NCBI GenBank assembly: GCA_937948815.1
Contig: CALFAM010000201.1
Span: 4,176 to 68,175 of the forward strand
Length of the DNA: 64,000 nt
Reading direction: 5' to 3'
Source of the DNA: an uncultured bacterium
Lineage (GTDB): Bacteria; Acidobacteriota; Thermoanaerobaculia; Multivoradales; J023
This document shows positions 31,892-39,566 of the stretch, one piece after another. Position numbers and translations under genes: made by a program. Position 1 is the first letter of the stretch, and each line of letters opens with the position of its first letter. The notes beneath the pieces are model-generated. The model was not told the origin of the DNA. It ran no database searches and was given only the letters and a program-made list of their open reading frames with translations.

Positions 31892-32140
31892 ATGGCTCTC
31901 ACCCAGCAGCAAGCGCGAAGTCTGGTCGATCTGATCGCCGCGACCCGTGACGAAGAGATCGACTGTGGCACCTGCCTCTCCGAGCTAGCAGTCTTCGCCG
32001 AGCAGCACATCGAAGGCAAGCCCGTCGATCAGGCCCGGGAAGCCGTACGCGCCCACCTGGCCATTTGCGGCGAATGCGACGAAGAGTTCGAGCATCTCCT
32101 GGCCGCCATCGAGGCGATCAGCGACCAGCCGGCGTCCTGA
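31892..32140 (+). CDS. Small soluble anti-sigma factor (zinc-binding ZAS motif)
   Basis: 82 aa with HLAICGECDEEF (H-x3-C-x2-C) plus an upstream CGTC. RBS GGAGGA. Immediately downstream of the sigma gene. Confidence 0.55.
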   Translation: MALTQQQARSLVDLIAATRDEEIDCGTCLSELAVFAEQHIEGKPVDQAREAVRAHLAICGECDEEFEHLLAAIEAISDQPAS

Positions 32141-32242
32141 TGCTGCGCGGCTTTTCGCCGTGCGGCCCGGAGCGCGCAACGAGACCGACCGAGATCCTGC
32201 GCGCTTGATCGCCTTCGAGTCGCCCCGTAGACTCCTGGCAAC

Positions 32243-32758
32243 ATGACCACACCCACCGGGCGGGACCCGGACCCCTATACTCAAGCTGGGCTCGTGTATG
32301 GCGTGATGGGCGCTGTGATCCTGCTGTTGACCGTGGCAACGCCAGAGATGGTTCGGCCCGAGCGCCGCGCCGACATCGCGCACCTGGTGGTCGGTATGCC
32401 CTTTTTTGCGCTGTTCGCGCTGGCCATCGCCCTGGGCGACCGGTGGGTTGCGCGGGTGCTGATGGCCAGCGGCCGTGCTCCGGAGCGGGCGCTTCGACTC
32501 GGGCGCTGGTTTCGCGAGAAGCTGGTGATTCTGATCTCTCTCTCGGCCCTGGGACGGACCTTTGTCTTCGCCGCCAACGGTCTGGGCTACCGCCCCCACT
32601 TTCAGGGGTCGCTCTTTCGCGTGACCTTCGAAGCCTCCGCCCCCGATCCACGACTGCTTTTCGCGGCGTTGCTGATGGCAACGATCTTCGTTTTCCTTGT
32701 GCGCGCCGCGTGGCTTCCATTCTGCAGCCGCCTGATCGGCCGGGGGACTCCTGCCTGA
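32243..32758 (+). CDS. Hypothetical membrane protein
   Basis: 171 aa with four or more hydrophobic helices. No family recognised. Confidence 0.4.
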   Translation: MTTPTGRDPDPYTQAGLVYGVMGAVILLLTVATPEMVRPERRADIAHLVVGMPFFALFALAIALGDRWVARVLMASGRAPERALRLGRWFREKLVILISLSALGRTFVFAANGLGYRPHFQGSLFRVTFEASAPDPRLLFAALLMATIFVFLVRAAWLPFCSRLIGRGTPA

Positions 32759-32796
32759 TCGTGGTTTGACGCTCGACTGAACGCTCGGAGGCACCC

Positions 32797-34080
32797 ATGC
32801 GCGCCGAAACCCAACCGCAGACGCCAGATGCCTCGCGGATCGCTGCGGCTGGCGGAAACTTTCGACCGGCATTGGTGTCATGGAACCTGACCCGGCGCTG
32901 CAATCTCCGCTGCCCACACTGCTACCTGTCGGCAGGCAAGAAGGCCGAAAACGAGCTGACGACCGACGAGTGCTTCGCGGTGATGGACGAGCTACGCGCG
33001 CTCGGTACGGAGATGATCATCCTCACCGGTGGCGAGCCCCTGCTGCGCAAAGACATCTACGACCTCGCACGACGGGCCTCGTCACTCGGCTTTTGGGTGG
33101 TCATGGGCACCAATGGCGTGTTGATCAACGACCGCGTGGCACAGACGATGGTCGACTGCGGTGTCAAAGGCGTCGGCATCTCGATCGATTCGATCGACCC
33201 CGAGAAGCACGATCGCTTCCGGGGCGGGCCGAATAGCTGGCAGCATTCGGTCGCCGCCCTCGAGATCTGCAAGGCGAATGGTCTCGAAGTGTTGGTGCAG
33301 ACCACGATCATGGACATGAACCGGGACGAGATCCCCGAGCTGATTGCCTTCACCCGCGACAAGGGCGCCTGGTCATTCAACCTCTACTTCCTGGTACAGA
33401 CTGGGCGCGGGCAGCAGATGAGCGACCTGTCGGCGCACGACACCGAAAGCGTGCTCGCGGACCTGGTCGCGGCTCAAGAGAAGTTCAAGCCGATGTTGGT
33501 GCGGTCGAAGTGCGCGCCGCACTTCAAACGGATTGCCTACGAGCAAGGTCTCGCCGGCATGGACTCGGGCGGCTGCATGGCGGGCACGCAGTACTGCCGC
33601 ATCACCCCCAATGGCGATGTCACGCCGTGCCCGTACATGGATGTGGTGGCCGGCAATGTGCGTGCGGACGGAGGCTTCACCGCGGTTTGGCGCGACTCGG
33701 AGACCCTGCTCGCCTTGCGCGATCCCACGCGCCTGGGCGGTCGTTGTGGTGCGTGTGAGTTTCAGGAGCTCTGTGGAGGATGCCGGTGTCGGGCCCAGGC
33801 GGCATTCGACGACTACCTGGCGGAAGATCCTGCCTGCACCTACCAACCGACCGGCCAGCCCATCGCAGTGCAGACCCTTGTCTGGCACCCGGAAGCGCGT
33901 GCCCGGCTGGAGCGCATCCCGATTCGATTTGTCCGCCAGAAGGTCGAGAAGGGTATCGAAGCCTTTGCCCACAGCCGTGGCTTGCTCGAGATCACGCCCG
34001 AGATCATGAAAGAAGGCATGCAGGGCGACGGTCGCGACAGCATGCTGAGTCGTATGCCGTCGTTCCTGCGCAAGCCTTGA
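32797..34080 (+). CDS. Radical SAM / SPASM-domain protein (AhbC/AhbD/NirJ-like) with a C-terminal PCP_red-like extension
   Basis: CNLRCPHC (Cx3Cx2C), GGEPLL, and a SPASM region CMAGTQYC..PCPYM..CGACEFQELCGGCRCRA (compare AhbD/NirJ ..CGGCRARA). The C-terminal ~70 aa (ARLERIPIRFVRQKVEKGIEAFAHSRGLLEITPEIMKEGMQ) parallel the small protein at 20787. Confidence 0.8.
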   Translation: MRAETQPQTPDASRIAAAGGNFRPALVSWNLTRRCNLRCPHCYLSAGKKAENELTTDECFAVMDELRALGTEMIILTGGEPLLRKDIYDLARRASSLGFWVVMGTNGVLINDRVAQTMVDCGVKGVGISIDSIDPEKHDRFRGGPNSWQHSVAALEICKANGLEVLVQTTIMDMNRDEIPELIAFTRDKGAWSFNLYFLVQTGRGQQMSDLSAHDTESVLADLVAAQEKFKPMLVRSKCAPHFKRIAYEQGLAGMDSGGCMAGTQYCRITPNGDVTPCPYMDVVAGNVRADGGFTAVWRDSETLLALRDPTRLGGRCGACEFQELCGGCRCRAQAAFDDYLAEDPACTYQPTGQPIAVQTLVWHPEARARLERIPIRFVRQKVEKGIEAFAHSRGLLEITPEIMKEGMQGDGRDSMLSRMPSFLRKP

Positions 34081-34183
34081 GTCGACGGCACGCGAGCGAA
34101 TCGAGTAGACACGAAAAAGCCCGCCGGAGCGAAGGCTCATGCGGGCTTGATCCTGCCTTCAGGAGGCAGAAGCTGCGAGACGA

Positions 34184-34985
34184 CTAGCCGCGGCGCAGGA
34201 AGAAGGTCGCGGCGCCAGCCAGCAGCAGGACGAGGGCCAGCAGACCCCACTCGCCCAGCGTCGGGATCGGCAGGCCGCCACCCGGGCCCTGGGCGACGTC
34301 GCCGTGCACGTTGATGACGAACTGGAAGCCGGGGAAGCCGATGTCACCCGTCGCGGTCGGTGTGGCAGCGCCACAGGCCTCGGCAGCGAGGTAGCTCGGG
34401 TCGTTCTCGCCATCCGGGTTGGAGCCGAGGAAGAAGGAGTGACCGTTGGTCTGGCCTTCGGGGGTGAAGACCTCGACGACGAGCTCCTCACCCGCCAGGG
34501 CGGTCGCGGCGACGGCCGCCTGCAAGATGGTCGCCGCCTGGTCAGGCACCGTGAGATCAATCGTTCCGATCAGCGGAAAGTTGGCGGGGAAGTCCGTGGG
34601 GAATCCCGGAGGGCCCGAGTAGAGGTTGACCGTCACCGGCTGCGTGCCGGCTGCACCTGCCGCGGTCTCGATGCCGAAGTCGACACCGCAGACGTTGAAG
34701 TCACCGGTGATGCCGAAGTCGGCGGAGAGGTCGAAAGCACGAAAGTAGGAGTTGTCCGTGTGCAGACCGCCGGCGTTGCAGGAAATCGAGTTGAGCGGAA
34801 CGATGGTCTGGCTCACCGACTGGGTGAGCATGACCGTGCCGCAGGGGCCGCCGTTGCCGCCGCCCGGAGGAAGGACCTGGCCCGCGCTGGGGTTCGGGCT
34901 CACAGAGAAAGACTGAGCCGAGGCGCCGCCAGCCACGAGGGCGAGCGAGGCAAAGATCACGAATGCAAGCGATTTCGTACGCATG
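34184..34985 (-). CDS. Secreted protein with an IPTL-CTERM sorting signal
   Basis: Signal peptide MRTKSLAFVIFASLALVAGGASAQS. C-terminus ..IPTLGEWGLLALVLLLAGAATFFLRRG (IPTL motif, TM helix, basic tail). GGAGG RBS. Confidence 0.7.
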
Positions 34986-35280
34986 TAGAGAAGAACCTCC
35001 GACGATCCCCATCGAGTGGAGCTGCGACAGTGTGATGTCACGGAATCCGTCCGATACCCGTGACGCAAGGACTGAATTCGAACATGTGCCCGTCTTTCGC
35101 GTGGCTCGCATGGGCGAGCGCAGCGCGCGGCAGCCGGCTCCGCGCCGTCAAGACGAGCAGATTGGGCTCTGGACGGCCCGGGAACTTTGCCCGAGGCATC
35201 ACCAGAAAGTCAACCTTATTTGTTCACAATTCCTTGAAAAACCGAAGGTTAGCCGAGCCTCCCACAGTCGGAATTGCGTC

Positions 35281-35808
35281 TTAGCCGAACTTTGGGCGAC
35301 TGAGACACATGAGTGTTCCGTCGTATTGGAAGACACCGATCAAACCGGCACCGGTCTCGAGGATGGTGCTGGCGATGCAGGTGATCTCGGTTCTGGCTTC
35401 GTCGGTCAGCACCAGACCGAGTTTCTTGGGTGGCTTCTTGGTGAAAGACAGAATCCAAGATGGGTTCAGCTCGTCGCCGAGGCGCGTGATCTGGATGCGC
35501 TTGTCTTCCGCGATCCCCCCGACCCGAAAGGCTTCCGCGATCTCGACTCGGGACGGTTTGGGGGCTTGGTCGACCTCGAATCGTACCCAGGCGAGGGCCT
35601 TGGCACGCCATTCTTCTTCGGGGAGACGGGCCAGGTCAGCCTCGAGGCGTTCCAGGTCTTCCTGGGCTTTGTCGAGTCCATGCTGCCAGGCGTAGCCTTG
35701 GCGTCCAATGGGTGTCGCGCCTCGGCCCTGAGCCGAAGCGGCTTCGAGGGTCGCGAACATGAGAAAGAGGGCGAGGGACGGGGCAAGGCAAGAAACGCTC
35801 TTGTGCAT
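35281..35808 (-). CDS. Hypothetical secreted protein
   Basis: Signal peptide MHKSVSCLAPSLALFLMFATLEAASA. 175 aa. No family recognised. Confidence 0.45.
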   Translation of the reverse strand: MHKSVSCLAPSLALFLMFATLEAASAQGRGATPIGRQGYAWQHGLDKAQEDLERLEADLARLPEEEWRAKALAWVRFEVDQAPKPSRVEIAEAFRVGGIAEDKRIQITRLGDELNPSWILSFTKKPPKKLGLVLTDEARTEITCIASTILETGAGLIGVFQYDGTLMCLSRPKFG

Positions 35809-35914
35809 GAGAACCTCCGCAATACGCGTTAGCCGCGCAACGAGATGGTAGGTGCCGGACTGACTTCAAGTACGCGCTGCCGAAGAGGCTTGTTCGCTGG
35901 CACGTTCTTATTGC

Positions 35915-37534
35915 TCAGGGGCGCAATACGTCTCGGTACCGGTCACGGAGTTGGTTCTTCTGTACTTTGCCCATCGCATTGCGTGGCAAGGCGTCGATGA
36001 TGACGATCTTCTTGGGTTGCTTGAAGTTGGCGAGGATGCGCTTCAAGCGGTCGCGTACCGTCCCGAGGTCGGGATCCGCGCCGGCTCGCGGCACGACGAC
36101 AGCGACCACGCCTTCGCCGAAATCCGGGTGCGGAACACCGATCACGGCTGATTCAGCGATGTCGTCGAGGCTGTCGAGCGCGTTTTCGACCTCGACAGGG
36201 TAGACGTTGAGCCCACCCGAGATGATTAGATCCTTGGATCGGCCGACGATCCAGAGTCGCCCGTCCGGATCCTGCCGGACGAGGTCGCCGGTGATCAGGA
36301 AACCATCCGGGCGAAAGGCGTCGGCGTCTGCATCGGGCCGGCGCCAGTATCCTGGGAACACGTTGGGGCCCTGGATCTCCAACACGCCGACACCGCCCGG
36401 CTCGACCGGTTCGCCCTCGGCGTCCACGACCCGCGCGGCAACCCTCGGCAGCGGATGACCGACGCTTCCCGCCAGGCGTTCGCCATCGTGCGGATTGGAG
36501 CTGATCATGCCAGCCTCGGTCATGCCGTAGCGCTCGAGAATGGTGTGGCCGGTTCGCGCCTCGAACGCGCGGTGGGCTTCCGGAGCGAGCGGCGCCGATC
36601 CAGACGTGAAGAGACGTAGCGTCGCGCACGCTTCGCGGTCGAGGTCAGCCTCGGCGAGCAAGCGTGTGTAGTAGGTCGGCACACCCATGAAGACGGTGCA
36701 GTCAGGCAGGTGACGGATGACGGATTCGGCGTCGAAGCGATCGAGAAGCCGCGCGCAACCGCCTGCGAAAAGCGCGGTGTGCAGCGCCACGAAGAGACCG
36801 TGGACATGGAAGAGTGGCAGGGCGTGGAGCAGCACGTCGGCTGCCGTGAAGCGCCACGCATCGACCAGGATGCGCGCGTTGGAGGTCAGGTTGCCGTGGG
36901 TCAAGACGACACCCTTGGGGCGGCCGGTCGTTCCCGAGGTGTAGAGCATGGCGGCGGGCTGATCGGTCGTGCGCGCCACGTCCGCCGCGGCGACACCCTC
37001 TTCGGGCAAGCTGCTTTCGAGCAGGCTACCGGTGCCGTCGGCTTCGAGCGTGACGAGACTGACGCCGCGATCCAGCGCCGCCCGCAGTCCAGGCGCGCGC
37101 GACGTGCTGGTGATCATCAGGGCCGGTTCGGCGTCCTCGGCAATGGCGGCGACTTCCGGGTCTCGGTAGGCGGCATTGAGCGGGAGATAGATGGCCCCGG
37201 CTCGCAAGCACCCGAGGTAGAGCGCGACGGCGTGGGCGGACTTGTCGACCAGCGCCGCGACCCGGTCGCCCGGCCTGACCCCGCGAGTCACGAGCGTAGC
37301 CGCGATTTGGCCACTGTGGCGCCACAGGTCGTCGTAGGTCCAACTCAGGGTGCCGTGTTGCAGGCAGCACGCCCCTGGTGTGCGCGTGACGACGGCACCG
37401 ATCGACCGGTGAACCGAGTCATTGCCAGTCGCATGACAGGGCGAGGCGAAGCCTTCGTCCTGGGACTGTTCTCGAGAGGATCGCTCTTCTTCGGGTGGTG
37501 TCTTGGGGAGCGGTCTCTTTCTGGATCGTGGCAC
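35915..37534 (-). CDS. AMP-dependent synthetase/ligase, malonyl-CoA-synthetase (MatB)-like
   Basis: YTSGTTGRPKGVVLTH AMP-binding motif, SWTYDD, GDLV..DGR..IVGR, and C-terminal PRNAMGKVQKN. The only in-frame start is the GTG at 37534, which gives a ~35-aa K/R/P/E-rich N-terminal extension. Confidence 0.8.
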   Translation of the reverse strand: MPRSRKRPLPKTPPEEERSSREQSQDEGFASPCHATGNDSVHRSIGAVVTRTPGACCLQHGTLSWTYDDLWRHSGQIAATLVTRGVRPGDRVAALVDKSAHAVALYLGCLRAGAIYLPLNAAYRDPEVAAIAEDAEPALMITSTSRAPGLRAALDRGVSLVTLEADGTGSLLESSLPEEGVAAADVARTTDQPAAMLYTSGTTGRPKGVVLTHGNLTSNARILVDAWRFTAADVLLHALPLFHVHGLFVALHTALFAGGCARLLDRFDAESVIRHLPDCTVFMGVPTYYTRLLAEADLDREACATLRLFTSGSAPLAPEAHRAFEARTGHTILERYGMTEAGMISSNPHDGERLAGSVGHPLPRVAARVVDAEGEPVEPGGVGVLEIQGPNVFPGYWRRPDADADAFRPDGFLITGDLVRQDPDGRLWIVGRSKDLIISGGLNVYPVEVENALDSLDDIAESAVIGVPHPDFGEGVVAVVVPRAGADPDLGTVRDRLKRILANFKQPKKIVIIDALPRNAMGKVQKNQLRDRYRDVLRP

Positions 37535-37982
37535 GGCGACAACTCTATCCGAGCCGGTAACGTTGCCAGTCCCTTGACACGGAAACAGCGTACCTCTCGC
37601 TACAGTCAGTGAAGCGCGAAGTCGTGTTTTCGACCACTTCGGGTTCGCGGTGGCCGTCGGCGGTATTGACGCGGGTAGCAGCGATGACCTGGTTGTCGGA
37701 GCGCCCGATGGAGATGAGGCTGGCCGGAGAGATCGGCCGATCTCTCCGTGGTGCCGCGATGGGCTTCACCGGGTCGACGGCACTGCCCAACATCACATGC
37801 TCCATACCGTCGGCGAGCACGAGCAAGGTGTGTTTCACAGCCCTGCCAATCCTGTGACAAGAACGCAGCTTGCCTTTCGCGTCTGTATTGAGGGGTCAAG
37901 GCAGTCGACGCAGCTGGCCCGCACGGGCTGCTGGGATCGCAGCCTGGGACCCGCCTACTGTTCTGCGACGCAAGGAGGTTTC

Positions 37983-39545
37983 ATGAGGTCTATTCACGTT
38001 CTCGCTGCTGTGCTCGTCGTACTCGGTGTACCGGCGCACGCCGCACCGAACGAGGGCGCATCCGTCCAGGTTTTCACCGAGGAAGGCCTCGGCCTGATGT
38101 CGGCGGACGGCGATCGTTTCGGCACGGCCATGGTCACCGCTGATTTCAACTGCGACGGTTTCGACGACTTGGCCATCGGTGCTCCCTTCGCGAGCCCCGG
38201 TGTCGAGGTGGAAGCGGGGCAGGTCATCGTACTCTGGGGCGATCCGTCGAGCCCGCTGGAAGGGCCGCCGACCGTGCTGACCGAAGATTCGATCTTCGGG
38301 GTCGGCAATACGGAAGCCTTCGATCACTTTGGCTTCGCGCTAGCCGCCGGCGATACAGATGCAGATGATTGTGACGACCTGGTCATCGGAACGCCCGGAG
38401 AGGATGAGTCTGGCCTGGTCGAGATGGGGGCAGCCTACCTTCTGCGTGGTGCCATGACCGGCTTCGAGCCCATGGCGACGCGCCGCACCTTCGAGCAGAG
38501 CGACGCAACGTTCGGCTACGCGGTCGCAGTCGGTGATTTCGATCTCGACGGGCTCGGAGATCTCGCGGTCGGTGGTCCTGGAATCAATGTGGGGGACGCG
38601 CAGGGCGCGGGGCAGGTGTCGATCTACCATGCCGGCGCGTTGACGGCCGACCAGACCTGGCATCGGGATCGGGTGCTCATTCCGGGGCAGGCGGCCGCTG
38701 GTGAGCGGTTCGGTGCGGGGCTCGCCACCGGCCGGTTCGTGGAGGGGCCATTCGGTTTTGACTCCGACCTGGCCATCGGGGTACCCGGCGACTCGCGGAT
38801 CGACGTTCTGGGTGGCGCGGTCGATCTTCTCTTCGGGGTCGACTTCTTCGGTCTGGGTGTGCTGCCCGGAAGGAACTACAACGCCGATTTCGCGGTGCCT
38901 CAATGCAGTGGAGCCGCACCTGGAAATGAAATGGGGTCGGTGCTCCTGGCGGCCAACCTTGTGGATGACGAGCGGGACGAATTGGTGGTTGGCGTCCCGC
39001 GTGGGGATACCGGTCCGAATGGGACCTTTGTCGACGCTGGATCGGTCCACGTTGTTCGATTCTTCGTGTTGAGCAACGGTCAGCTGTTCATCGGCGGCCC
39101 TGTTTTCTGCGAGGAAGAGATGAATGGCGTGCTGACGCCGGGCGGGCGATTTGGCGCCTCGCTTGCCACGGCGTCGTCGCCGGACCCAGCTCGCGACAGC
39201 ATCCTGGTTGGCAAGACGGGTGATGTGGCCGGAACCGGCGGGTTGGTGTACCGAGGCCTCATTCGTCTGTTCCTCGAGCAATTCGAGATGCCGAGCCTGA
39301 TGATCCAAGGTGTCGCGGGTCTGCCCGAGACCGCGGAGCTCGGCGATGGTTTCGGTTCCGCGCTGGCGGTCGGGCGGTTCGACGGCCTCACCGAATTCCT
39401 GGCAATCGGAATTCCCTTCGAGGATCGTGAGCCGCAGCTCGACCGCGGCGCGGTCATGGTCATCGAGGGCGCCGACAGTCCCCTCTTGTTCGCGGACGGA
39501 TTCGAATCAGGAGACTTCTCGGCGTGGAGTCTCGCCCCACGGTAG
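37983..39545 (+). CDS. Secreted FG-GAP repeat protein with the conserved C-terminal tail ..LLFADGFESGDFSAWSLAPR
   Basis: Signal peptide MRSIHVLAAVLVVLGVPAHA. FG-GAP/Ca-binding motifs (DFNCDGFDDLAIGAP, DTDADDCDDLVIGTPG, DFDLDGLGDLAVGGPG). Confidence 0.7.
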   Translation: MRSIHVLAAVLVVLGVPAHAAPNEGASVQVFTEEGLGLMSADGDRFGTAMVTADFNCDGFDDLAIGAPFASPGVEVEAGQVIVLWGDPSSPLEGPPTVLTEDSIFGVGNTEAFDHFGFALAAGDTDADDCDDLVIGTPGEDESGLVEMGAAYLLRGAMTGFEPMATRRTFEQSDATFGYAVAVGDFDLDGLGDLAVGGPGINVGDAQGAGQVSIYHAGALTADQTWHRDRVLIPGQAAAGERFGAGLATGRFVEGPFGFDSDLAIGVPGDSRIDVLGGAVDLLFGVDFFGLGVLPGRNYNADFAVPQCSGAAPGNEMGSVLLAANLVDDERDELVVGVPRGDTGPNGTFVDAGSVHVVRFFVLSNGQLFIGGPVFCEEEMNGVLTPGGRFGASLATASSPDPARDSILVGKTGDVAGTGGLVYRGLIRLFLEQFEMPSLMIQGVAGLPETAELGDGFGSALAVGRFDGLTEFLAIGIPFEDREPQLDRGAVMVIEGADSPLLFADGFESGDFSAWSLAPR

Positions 39546-39566
39546 GCCTGCGAGCCTCGGCTGGGC

